Assembly (NCBI GenBank): GCA_002189035.1
Contig: NEEC01000002.1
Span: 5,766,001 to 5,830,000 of the forward strand
Source of the DNA: Utricularia gibba
Taxonomy: Eukaryota; Plantae; Magnoliophyta
DNA: 64,000 nucleotides
Direction: 5' to 3'
Shown one piece after another: positions 12,636 to 27,730 of this stretch. A program made the translations under genes and the position numbers. The notes below the pieces were generated by a model, which worked only from the letters and a program-made list of their open reading frames with translations, was not told where the DNA came from and did not search any database. Numbering within the stretch: the stretch's first letter is position 1; every line of letters begins with the position of its first letter.

Positions 12636-13774
12636 ATGTCGATCGCCTTCGAGCAGGGCAACTCCGGCGGATGTCGCCGGATCGGACTCTCCGAGTTCGT
12701 CATCCGCGATTTGGCCTACGCGCCGTCAGTTTTCGACACCGCGGAATTCGCCTCTGGAACTCGGCGGTTACCGGGGGTAAAGGAGGTTGTGGAGAAAAGT
12801 GAGGCGTCTTCTTCGTCCTCGTCTACTTCTTCGATAGGACAGAACAGTGACCAGTCTGCTGGCGGCGGTGCTGGCGAGAGAGATGAGGAGGAGGTGCAGA
12901 GTGTTTATAAACCGGGGCCTTTGGAGAGTTTGGAAGCTTTGGAGGAAGTTTTACCTATCAAGTATGATACGTCACACAAAGTATTGAAAATGGGTTTTAA
13001 AATCTGCCTGCGTTATCTTGTGATTCTGCATTTTCCGTTTTCCATTTTCTCAAGGCTTTAGGGATCTGGGTTACTCTCTTGAGAAACATGCATCTGAATG
13101 ATCGTTGTTTTTGACAAAGAATTAGGGAATCTTGCACGGTTTCGAGTTTATTTTGTTGAAATTGGTATCGACACTGCTACTTAAAACCTATTTGATTGAC
13201 GTCTGGGTTGTGAGTTCATATGGTGTCTATGGTGTTTTATTCCTTGATGCTTGCATGTAGTTGCAGATGGCTACATGAAAAGGTTTCTTACTGTGTTCCT
13301 GTAACATCTGTTTGGTGCTTTCTTATTTTCTGATGGTGTGGGGCTCTTTCCAGGAGAGGCATCTCCAGATTTTACCGTGGTAAATCAAAATCCTTCGCCA
13401 CGTTGTCAGATATGGCTGTATGGTCTTCCACTGAAGACATCACGAAGCCAGAGAATGCCTACACAAGGAAACGGAAGAATCTCCTCGCTTCTCAGAACTT
13501 CTGGAACAGAAACTCTAACAAGATACTTCAAAGCCGAACACACGGCCTATCGAAAAGGCCTACATCGTCCCGGAGTATGGTGGGAATTTCAACAGCAATG
13601 AACTACCATGGCTCCATCAAAGGTGAGGAAACCTCTGTGGGTGGATGGAACCCCTCACCATTGACACCGGACCCAGCTACACAGTGTGGCGATGTTGTAG
13701 TCTCCGCATGGAGGTCTTACTCTTCTTCTGACTTGCAAGGTGCTAAGAGTTCACATCCCCATGTTAATATTTGA
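12636..13774 (+). CDS. OXIDATIVE STRESS 3-like (KID-motif) protein
   Basis: Exons 12636-12961 and 13354-13774. Motifs SSSSIGQNSD, EVQS..GPLESLEALEEVLPIK|RGISRFYRGKSKSFATL, KPENAYTRKRKNLL, and C-terminal RSYSSSDL. Confidence 0.85.
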
Positions 13775-15086
13775 TATGTAAATGCTATGATGTAGGATCA
13801 AACTGTAGGTTTGTCTTGCCCCATCATCTGAAAGATGTAGTCGCCCATGGAGCTGGAAGCTAAACAGAGATGTAGCCTGTTTAGGTATTGTAGATCATTG
13901 CTTCCATGGGCTTATTCCATTTTAACCGTAAGTTCAAGCCTGCCTTAAGCGCCGCATTCAGTAGAATGGCTGTGTCAAAGGGGAACTAGCCTGTTGTGCA
14001 TCTATGTCTTTTGTCGTAACCTTGAGTTACAGCACAGGGCTTGCGGATCTGAGCAAGGATCAATAATCAACCCCAGTGCTTCATTGCTCAGCTTGCATCA
14101 ACAGCTCGCATCACAGTTTTTGATGAGTAACAGAGCCGTACGATTTGAAAAAACCTGCACCCACCATCTCAGCAAGATGAAAGGGGGGTTATTGTTGTTG
14201 ATAGGTGAGTGACAAAGGACTTGTTCCTTCAAGCCCGTGTTAACCGGGCTGCATGATTGCGTGTCAGTTCATTCAGCGATGCCCCACAGACATCAGAATG
14301 TCATTCAAAATGTCAGTTCTCTGATCATGCATAGCCAGTGCTAAGGATATCAACCCATGAACTGATCTGTTCTGATACCATCAACAGTTGAACACTATCT
14401 GTGGGGATGAATGCGCAGCGGTTATTTGTGGCTCCCTTTGCCCCCGCCAAAAGCTTAGTGGGCTGCTCTAGAGACGGACACGGATCCAACTCCTTTTGAA
14501 CTCCCTGTTCTGATAGTAGCCACTTCGAATTCGTCTAGTTAATAAATAAATTACTGTTCTGTAAAATTTTTGAAATTTATTTTTATTTTTTAAAATTAGA
14601 AATAAAAAATAAAAGTAATCTAATTCATTATTTTTTCAAAATAACTTTTGTAGTTATAATTTTAAAAGTATTTTTTATATAATTACTTTTACAATTAAAA
14701 ATATTCTAGAACAAAATTATTTTTACTTTTGAAAATTAAAAATAGGTTTTAAAAATTTTCTAAAATACTCCTTAAAATTTATGACTCAGATATACTCGAC
14801 CTTCCCAGATCATCGAGATCATTATAATATTTTTTATTTTAAATTAATAACATAAATTGAATTTAATTTTGTATTAAATCCATCCAATCCATTTAATAAA
14901 CAATACAATTTTTTTTTGTTGGACTGTGTGTCAGATCTAACCTGTCCAGTTGACTCGTATTCATGTACTACAAAATTGTCTCTTATTCGTTTTTTATGAT
15001 TACGAATAACGAACGGGTCGGGCACGTGACGGATCAACTCGACGGATATTCAAGTTGATTTATATCCCTGCTTTGGTCATACCCAC

Positions 15087-15295
15087 TGGGCCGATGATGG
15101 AAGATTCATTCAACTCTATTGTGGATATCAAGAAATGGTGAATCCGAAAATGGCCGTTGTATTTATTAATATTGGGCTAAGAGGTGGAAGAGACGACTTT
15201 GCCATGGATTCTCGATCGGCCCATTGAAGAAATGGATCCCCATAGAAGGCCCAATTGTCTTCGGTTTATATGCCTTCCGCATCCGGAAACCCTAA
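15087..15295 (+). promoter_or_regulatory. Site II elements plus telo-box (ribosomal-protein promoter module)
   Basis: TGGGCC at 15087; GGCCCA at 15218 and 15248; AAACCCTAA at 15287-15295, 52 bp before the RPS3 ATG. Confidence 0.75.
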
Positions 15296-16685
<1,390 letters not shown>

Positions 16686-17047
16686 AGCTTTTGAGCTTCA
16701 CCTCTGGACAATGTCGGTTGGTTGCTTCTGTGTTTGAATCCCAGATCTTCAGTTGAATTTATTCAGCTCTTTGTTCTGCTTGCTTCTTCTTGATCTGGAT
16801 TCTGACGACTAGTACCTGGAGCAATTACATTTTTACACAGTTTCATGCTCACTCTCGTTATTGTTGAAAACAAGAGGATATAAAACGGGGGAAACAGCCA
16901 CCACCATTCATTGACGTGTTGGCAGGTGGCTAAAATTGGGAGTGATTTTAAAAAATATCCACTGTAATGACTGTTTTATTACAGTACTAGAAATGTAGAA
17001 TGGGTATTTTTATAAACCATCATTAAAATTGGTGTACGTCATCACTC

Positions 17048-17095
17048 GGGGCTGCGGGCTACGGGCTACGGGCTACGGGCTGCCGGCTGCGGGGC
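17048..17095. repeat. (GGGCTRC)n heptamer tandem repeat, putative G-quadruplex
   Basis: GGGGCTGCGGGCTACGGGCTACGGGCTACGGGCTGCCGGCTGCGGGG, embedded in AT-rich DNA. Confidence 0.8.
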
Positions 17096-17677
17096 TGCTG
17101 TGCTTCCGTTAGAAAATGGGTTAATATCTGTGATAAAATTAATTACTTTTATTATTATTTTCTGTATATAATTAATTTCGTTATTAATTTTTTGTTTTGC
17201 TGTGAAAAGGAGAAACAATGCATGACATGATCATTCTTGTAAATTTTTTGAAGTGTTGATTGAGCATTTTTAATTTCAATTCATTTGGTTATTATTATTA
17301 TTATTCATAAGTTTAGTATTGTTTGAAAGAAAGATATTTTTCTTAAATAATTCTACTATAATTTTTAAATCCAATGAGAATTTTTGAATATTTTTATTTT
17401 TTTATAAAAATGTTTGAATTTTCCTAAAAAAATCATGAATTTAATTGGAATACGATCAATGGTATTATTAATAACATGGGATTCAAACAATGTGAACATC
17501 AAAAGTTTGACAGAAATTATAATAATTTTTAACGCAAATATCTCTGTACAGTCGTGTTCCTGGGCGTCTAGCAGTTTTCTTTTCTTTTCTTTTCTATAGG
17601 ACCAATAGCTTTGTCTCGTCTTCGTTGTGAAGTAGCTTGGAGTAGGCGGAAGTAAGCGAAATTATCAGTCACTGGAG

Positions 17678-19782
<2,105 letters not shown>

Positions 19783-20181
19783 ATGAGAAGAGAGATAGAG
19801 ATGGACTGCGCACCAGGATTTGCCTCTGCTCTCAACTCTTTCCCTTGCACTTGAAGGTGGCGCGCGGGGCTGCTTGAGATCCAGTGAGTTTCTGCTGAAT
19901 CGCTTCTCATTTGGCGCAGTATTTGTATCCTTGGAATTGTTTTGTGCAACTTTCTGCTCATTCAACTAGTCATGCCTATTGAAGAATATAATCCGTGTGT
20001 CCCCATACATTAGAAATTAAGTAATCTTTTTGATAGGATATAAAATATTATTAATTACATGTTAATTTATATTAAAATTTTATGTTAAGATATAAATAAT
20101 AGTCCATGTATTGGATTAATTCAGTTATGTTAAAATATAATATTAATTTTTATTTAAAATATTATCTCATCGACTATTTAT

Positions 20182-20212
<31 letters not shown>

Positions 20213-20578
20213 AATATTATGTACATTTTTATATCAAATAAATTGAAAAAATGTTATCAATTTTTTTTCATTGATATAAAATTTACTATCAATTGAATCA
20301 TAATAATCTTGGGCTTCGTTTAGAAAAATGGTTATTGTCATTTTTATCATATACGGTAAAATAAAAAAAATTACACATATGATATTTATTTTTATCATAT
20401 AGTTTTTAATGGTAACCATTTTTCAAATATACTAAATAATTTTGTACATTTGAGTTTGTTTTTTATTTTTCAAAATGAAAAAATAAAGTTTCATTCAAAA
20501 AATTATATTTAAATATAACAACATCATTTTATTCTAATAAAATTATTACCTCTTTTTTTCTTGTATTCGAACATGCGA

Positions 20579-20634
20579 ACCCTAACCCTAAATCTTCTTA
20601 AACTCTATACCCTAAATCCTAAACTCTAAATTTT
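20579..20634. repeat. Degenerate interstitial telomere-like / telo-box tract
   Basis: AACCCTAACCCTAAATCTTCTTAAACTCTATACCCTAAATCCTAAACTCTAAA. Confidence 0.65.
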
Positions 20635-21148
20635 AAGGTTCTTGCCTTCTTCAGTCAACGTGTTTCAGCCTCCGCCATTTGTTTGTTCATTTCTGTCGCT
20701 GTGCCGAACTTCAGTTTTCGGAACAGCTGATGATGGATCATCCACCGTGAATGAAGACGAGGAATTTGCTGATTAAAAGGCCGCAATAGACACCCACTGG
20801 TGAAGAGGTTGTCGGAATAGGTGATGTATGGATCATTTCCAAGGTCTTGGACCTGCTGCTGTTCGCGGCATGGCTTTCAGATATGCAGCGCCAGCAGGCC
20901 ACCAAGATTTTGCAACTCGATCAATTTGGGAGCAGCCCTCGCTTTTGTCAGCATCATATATGTAATGTGCTGAATCATTAATGCATCCATTTATAGCAAA
21001 CTGGGCAATAATTTCAAGAACACCATCCATTCATAGTCAAGACTGCATCTTCTCCATGTCTAGAAGACAAAATTTGGAATCCATATGCTGAACTTTAACA
21101 GTGATTTAACTGTCTCTAACTTTGGATCTTTCATTCTGATACATGTGG

Positions 21149-22783
21149 TTACCCAGCTGATACCTTTTTCCCATCCTCAATGAAGAAAATCGCAGCCTCT
21201 GGCACCTGAAAGTGGATAGTGTCTGAGGTTAGCATCATATCGAGCAGATGTGTGCGGTGCAGTGTCAAAACGATGTTACCTCAGGATAGATCTCAGTGAT
21301 AAACTCCACTATGTCATATGAAATGTCCCCTTGAACATCAATCTGCTCCTTCTCAGTTGGGCCCTGGCAGAAGAGATAAAAATAAGGAGCTTTTGCATGC
21401 TACATGGTGTTACTTGTTGAGAGGGGTAGTAAAGCTAGCTTACCTTAACGACTGAAGCTCCGGTGGCGAACTTTTTTCCAAGTTTCTTTGATGCATCACT
21501 TAGTTTAACTCCTGAAATGGGAAGGGAGGAAACAATGCTCAGAAAACGACGAATCTGAACCCTGAACTTTTAGATGATGACAGAAAATTGTCTCTACCAA
21601 AAAGTTCTAGGCCTTTCACAGTAGTTATGCATTTCCTCTTGTTTCGGATCATCTTCTCAATGATAACTTCCGGTTTTTCCTGAAAAGGGAAGCCTGGCTT
21701 TAGGAAAAAGCTCTTGATAGACTACTAAAATGGAGATGGCACCACAACAGTGGCGTTCGTGGATCAGCAATGCAAGGAAAAAAACATGATGCAAAGTTCA
21801 AATAAATATACACCACCAAGTTTGTACTGTTCATAAACAACGTTTTTCAAGAAGAAACAAAGGCAATCCTGAGCATGGTACGAGCACAGCATTCCAGCGA
21901 GATGCAAACTTAAGTTGATCGTCATTCTTGTATTTTTTTTTTTGATCAAATGACTATCTAGCAGATATCCATAATCCAAATAACTAAGCCGAACCTGATG
22001 CGGGCAGAGTAACCACATAAATATCAGGATCCTAGGCTATATCCATAAAAATAACCACTGAAACACTTGCAAGACAAAGTGCTAGAGTTGAAAAAACAAA
22101 ATGTAATATTTGAACAGAGTTCTGGGGGAGCACAGAGTAGAAATCCACTTTTTTAAGTGTCTTGTACATGTTAATAAAATCAAACATTCAAGCATCAACT
22201 GCATTCAGTTTCATTCAATATCATTTATACTCCCTTCATTTTTTTTGTTGAAAATGGATTTAAAACCTGTTTCTCAAATGATAATCACAACCCCTAAAAA
22301 AAAGTTGAAAACTTGAATCAAAATCTACGCGAAATGACGAAAGTATAATCCTCTGTCTCTAACCTTCTTCTTAATTTTCCCACCAGGCAGGCGCTTGACT
22401 TCCTCTTCCTTCGGTTTAGAAGAACCAGCTGCAAATAAAATCATAGCTTTTAAAAATGAAATATCAACATTTTCAACATAAAGCAAAAATTTACCATCGG
22501 AGATAGAAGTAGACTGGAGCTGATCAGACACCTTATCAGCATCCTTTCCGGCAGCACCTGATACCGTCAGAATGATAAAAAAGAATCCTAATCTACCTTA
22601 AACTTTAGAGAGAAGATTAGGGCTCAGTTGAAAACCGTGAAAGAGATCCGGATAAAGATCGGCAGCATTCTTTGCCAGCCATGGCTTGCATTTCTCAAAA
22701 TCGGGTCCAAATTCACAGTACTCCGCCGGCAAACCGCAGATTCCACAGTACAATACCTGGACTGGTTGGGGCTTCTCCGCCAT
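21149..22783 (-). CDS. DENR: Translation machinery-associated protein 22 / DENR (SUI1 domain)
   Basis: Seven exons. N-terminal Zn knuckle MAEKPQPVQVLYCGICGLPAEYCEFG; SUI1 domain ...IRNKRKCITTVKGLELF|GVKLSDASKKLGKKFATGASVVK|GPTEKEQIDVQGDISYD; ends VPEAAIFFIEDGKKVSAG*. Confidence 0.93.
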
Positions 22784-22962
22784 CAACGGCAAGCGATTTC
22801 GAATTCTGGCGGTGGTGTCAAATTTGATGGACTACGACCTCGTTTGGGCCAATGCTATAAAATGTCGAAGAAAAGGCGGAATCTTTAATTCTTTAGAAAA
22901 ACAGTTAAAACGTATAAAAAAACCCTCTTGAAAGTTGAAACTCGTATTCAAGTTGGAGCGGT
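22784..22962. promoter_or_regulatory. Shared bidirectional promoter (DENR <- -> CWF19L1-like)
   Basis: Only 179 bp separate the two divergent ATGs; site II TGGGCC at 22845. Confidence 0.7.
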
Positions 22963-25900
22963 ATGGCAACACCACGGATCCTCCTTGCCGGAGACGCCCT
23001 CGGCCGTCTCAACCAACTCTTCAAACGCGTTTCTTCTGTCAGTTTTAGGCAGTTACAGATTGCTTTCCCCAGAATTGTTGAATCATTTGGGGTCATTACA
23101 GATTTTACCTGCGGATTTTCAGGTGACGAAGTCTGCTGGGCCATTTGACGTGCTTTTTTGCGTTGGTCAGTTTTTTCCAGAGTCGCCGGAGCAGTTGGAG
23201 GAATTCCATGCTTACATAGAAGGGAGCTGTGAGATCCCCTTACCCACTTACTTCATTGGCGATTACGGCGTTGGGTCCGCCAAGATTTTGTCTGCCGTGG
23301 CGAAGGAATCTTCTAATCTGGGGTTTAAGATGGATGGCTTTAAAGTTTGCCATAATTTGTATTGGTTGAGAGGAAGCGGAAAGTTCATAGTCCAAGGTAA
23401 GTGTAATATGTTTCAAGTTACATTCATTCACGAAAGAACAAGATGTTTATTCTGAAGGTGTTTGCTTTCTCGTTGGTCGCACCACCTAAAGTGAAGTGTC
23501 ATTCTTTTGTACCTCAAAGAGAAATAGAATAAGCTTGGTCCTAAAACTACGTGTCTGTGTTGTTGTGTGTGCCTGGAAAACATTGAAACTTATGCATTCC
23601 ATCTTTTCCATGTACAAAAATGTCCAATTAAACAAGCGTATGCTTAGTGGGCTATTTGCTAATCCGCATTCATCTAAGCAACTCTTTGTTTGTTAAAGTA
23701 TCAGAACCACTGAAAAGTCTTTTTTTGGATTGGATGTAACATATGCATTTGACCCTTATGTTTAATCCATCATAGGTCTCTCTGTAGCATATTTATCAGG
23801 CACGCAAGCTACGAGCAATGGAAAATTTGGGGTATACAGCCAAGATGACATTGATTCACTGAGGGCATTATCTGAGGAACCAGGAATTGTTGATATCTTC
23901 TTAACATATCCTTGTTATCAGCTTACTTTTGTCAAAAAAATTTGTTCTCACCTTTGGACTCCTAATGTTTATGTTAAATAATTTGCATTTCCTTCACCGA
24001 GTTTCACTAATGAATGGCCCTTTGGAGTCACAAATGGAGCATCTGCATCTAAAGTTTCCTCACTGTCGCTACCGCCCACATATGGTGATTCAACCATATC
24101 AGAGGTAGTAGCAGAAATAAAGCCACGGTAAGATCTTCGTGATGGGTTTATCCTTGAATGCCACTCTGCAGTCTCTTTTTTGTTTTCTTCAAATGTTTAG
24201 TTTTCTCTTTATTTGGATTGTAGAATTTTCTTTTTTTTTTAGAGAGTTCATTTCTTGTAGCTATCATATTGCTGGTACAATGGGATTTTTTTTTGACCGA
24301 GAGCCTTATTCAAATGTTGGTGCTACCCATGTGACTCGCTTTATCGCACTTGCTCCAGTTGGAAATAAAGATAAACAGGTGCTGTGATTTTTGCATTGTT
24401 TTTTTCGACTTCCGATGGTATGCAGCTGTTTTTAAAAGCATTATTTTGATTTTATTCCATATTTGTGTCATTTTCTGATTTTTCAATTGATGAACGCATG
24501 GCGAAATATAGCTTGTAAAACACCTGAGTTCACTTTAGATGTCACTGTTTCTGCTTCTACTTCCAGAAGTTTGTTCATGGGCTTTCACTGAATCCAGCAT
24601 CCAAAATGTCCCCCACGGAGATTCATGCAAAACCTCCAAACACTACTTTGTCTCCCTACACTCATGTAGAGGAGGCTAGACCTACTGAAAAACGGAGATT
24701 GCTTGACACCCCGCCTGATGAACAGTACTGGAGGTATGATGTTTCCCAGAAGAAGCCGAAGCATGGAGATGGTAATGGTGATAAGTTGTGCTTTAAATAT
24801 ATATCGTCTGGTTCCTGTACAAGAGGCGAGGAGTGCCACTTTCGCCATGACGAGGATGCTAGGGAACAAAGTATTAGGGGAGTCTGTTTTGAATTTTTAA
24901 ACAAGGGAAAATGCGATAGAGGCCCAGATTGCAAGTATAAGCATAGCCTGCAGGAAGAAGGTCAGGGGTTTTCTGGAAGGAGATCCGAGTCAGTTACTGG
25001 CAATGCAAACAGGTTGGAGGATCAATTGCTTCCCACTCTAAAAAAGACTACAACTGGCATTTCTAGTGACAGTTTATGTGTTTCCTATGCTTCAGATCAA
25101 GGGAATGCTGGTTTTGCTTGTCAAGTCCTAGCGTTGAATCACATCTCATCACAAGCATAGGAGAATATTTCTATTGTGCACTTGCAAAGGGACCATTGGT
25201 TGAGGACCATGTGCTGATAGTTCCTATAGAACATCAATTTAACACTCTTCATATACGTCCAGAATGTGAGAAAGAATTATCTTTGCTACGAAGAAGCCTT
25301 CAAGATTTCTTCAAGAGCCAAGAGCGCGATGTGGTATTCTTTGAGTGGGCTCCTAGTCGTGGGACTCATGCTAATCTTCAGGTTTGAATAAACTGCTTGT
25401 TTCTTCCTGAATTTCTTTTCAGATATCCTGTAGTATCCTGCACCATTTCTTCCACCCAACTGTTTCATTTAATGAGCAGAAATAACTGACAGATTTTTGT
25501 TAGGTGGTTCCAATTCCATTATCCAAAGCACCTTCTGTTGAACATATTTTCAAGTTAGCAGCAAAGAAGTTGGGTTTCACGTTCCAGACAATCAAGGGTC
25601 AGTTTTTCTGTTTTCTTACACTTGCATAACAGTTACCAGCATCCAGTTGTAGGAACTTCGTGACATAGCGTGATATTCCTCTCCAGCTTACTCTCTTGGC
25701 CATACTTTTACTGTTGAATTTTGTGTGACTCTTTAGAGCTTATTAGAACCAAGTTCTCTCTTTGTTGGGATTTGATTTTGGGTTCTTTTTTTTTTAACGT
25801 TGGAAAAATAAAAGGTGCAAATTTGGATTTAAAACAGTTGATAAGTATTGCAAATCCTGAATTGCTGTGTATATGTCAGTGTGTTGACCATCTTTTCTTT

Positions 25901-26465
25901 CTTTTTTAGTATCTTCCGTATAATTCTTATTCTCATTGTTTTGTAGATTTTAATTTTTCATCTTCATTTCGTATAATACCCATTGATTTTCAAACTTGGT
26001 GATCATGTTTATGTTTATTCATGGCGCAACACAGCATAGCAGTCATAATGTGGTTGCATTCAATGCAGGGACCAAAGATTTAGAAGGACGAAAATTGTTG
26101 GGAGCAGATCTTGAGAAAGGCAGGAGTTTATTTTATGTTGAGGTTCCTGGGGGATCATCCTCAAACACTTGGTGGAGGAGAATGAGAAGTTTCCAACCCA
26201 GTTTGGTCGAGAGGTAACACTTGGAACCTACTCCAGGCACCGGGATTTGTAGCATATACTCGCCTGTTTCCTTGCCTGCTTAACTCTGTCCATGTTCTAC
26301 TACTTCAGCATGCAACCACCTGTTTGTGTGTAGGTTATGGCTGGGTTGCTGAATTTGGCTGATAAAGCTGATTGGAGGAATTGCCAAGTGAGCAAGCAGG
26401 AGGAAGAGAAAATGGCAGAAGACTTCAGGGTTCTGTACAAGGAGTATGATCCCAACACTGGTTGA
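22963..26465 (+). CDS. CWF19L1/Cwf19-like splicing factor with two CCCH fingers (C3H64-like)
   Basis: About 10 exons. Metallophosphoesterase-like N-terminus MATPRILLAGD...LFCVGQFFP; two C-x8-C-x5-C-x3-H fingers; CwfJ domain CWFCLSSPSVESHLI...KGPLVEDHVLIVPIEH; ends EYDPNTG*. Exon 26069-26213 is 1 nt short. Confidence 0.92.
23906..24007 (+). other. U12-type (minor spliceosome) AT-AC intron
   Basis: 5' site ATATCCTT; branch site TTCCTTCAC at 23989-23997; terminal AC at 24006-24007. Removing it restores DIFLT-NEWP. Confidence 0.88.
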
Positions 26466-26941
26466 TAACTCCTTGCTCTTACTGTAGAAGATCACTCACA
26501 TAAACACAAGCACTTGGGGACCTCGTTTATCAACAATGGAGTTTGTTCCGTTTTTTCAACAGCTTCTCTGCAGCTGCATCTTTGATCAGTAGCTGTAATG
26601 AACATCTTCTCCATAAGCACTAAACCCACAAACAGCTAGGAACAAGAGTGATGATAGGGATTTTGGCAAGACCCCATGAAGGAGCAGCAGTTTCCTTCTC
26701 ATGAACTCCATGACCCCATCCTTCTCCTCCCCGCCCACACCACAGCCATTTTCAGAGCTTTTTCGTGTGGGCATCTCTGTCTTCTTGAATAAGAGATGCG
26801 CACAAAGAAGGTTTACTGGTACAGGGAGGAGGGGTAACCATTGCAACCCAAGTGCTTCTTTCCCCTTAAGGGGTGGTACATATAACGGGAAATGGAAAAC
26901 CTCAAGTCATCCCCTTCATGTTGGCGACGCAGGATCCATAT

Positions 26942-27240
26942 TGTGATGTCCCGCCCCGCGGAAGGGTCGATGAGAAGGGCTTTAGGTGAGTCTCACATCT
27001 TTAGGTCGATGAGAGGATAGCATTAAGAGGAATGATCATGCAAATCTACTACAAGGCCTTTTCCACAGCACGGTAGAGGATTCTTCACAGGAATTCCAGA
27101 GTTAAGTATGTTGGTTCAAGGGTAATATGAGGATCGGTGATCCCTTGGGACGTTGGACGGTATGTGGGAAAAACGTAAAATCGTGAGGATTAGATGTCTA
27201 AAGCGGACAATATCGTGTTAGATGTGTGCGGATCGTTACA
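26942..27240 (-). mobile_element. Solo LTR, TRIM-like family
   Basis: TG...CA ends. The minus strand begins TGTAACGATCC..GATATTGTCCGCTTT and ends GGGACATCACA, sharing its 5' motifs with the LTRs at 60008-60476. No clean 5-bp TSD. Confidence 0.65.
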
Positions 27241-27730
27241 ATAAAGATCAAGGGATATAGGCATTAGACACATTCACAAAGGAGAGCTGAGCAGCACGTA
27301 CAGCCCAGGTTTTCATCTCACAAGTGTACAAGTTAGTTGAATCGGTTAATCGATTTTAGACAATTTGTTGATTTATCCGAAGCTTTGATCATGAGTATTT
27401 TTACATCCAAAATTCAATTCTTTTAAAATCTAAAAATTAAAAGGACGAACAAATGGATAGAGTAGTGGCTTTCGCAAGTATGGTTTTGAACTTATGATTA
27501 GGATGGGATCTTAGAAGTTGAGCTGGGGAATGTGCTTTTTTAATATTATTTAAATCAGAGGGTTGACATTTCTGAGATTTTGTTGGGCCTACCTCGGCCC
27601 AAATGAGAATGCGCAGATTGTCGCTTCCAATTATCCAATATTTGGGTGGCCGATTGCGCTGGGCCGCTTGGTTTCTCCGTCTTCGCTGCTTCTCTTTCTC
27701 TGGTGCCTAGTCGACGATACCTGCTCCAAA

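Noticed and set aside
13990-14520. Coding-like stretch after the OXS3-like gene
   Set aside because: There are stops in all frames and no family was recognised.
20183-20206. (TA)n microsatellites here and near 8729 and 55821, plus long poly-A/T runs
   Set aside because: Ordinary simple repeats.
26586-26946. ORFs downstream of the CWF19L1-like gene
   Set aside because: No recognisable family, splice structure or consistent frame. Probably 3' UTR or intergenic sequence.
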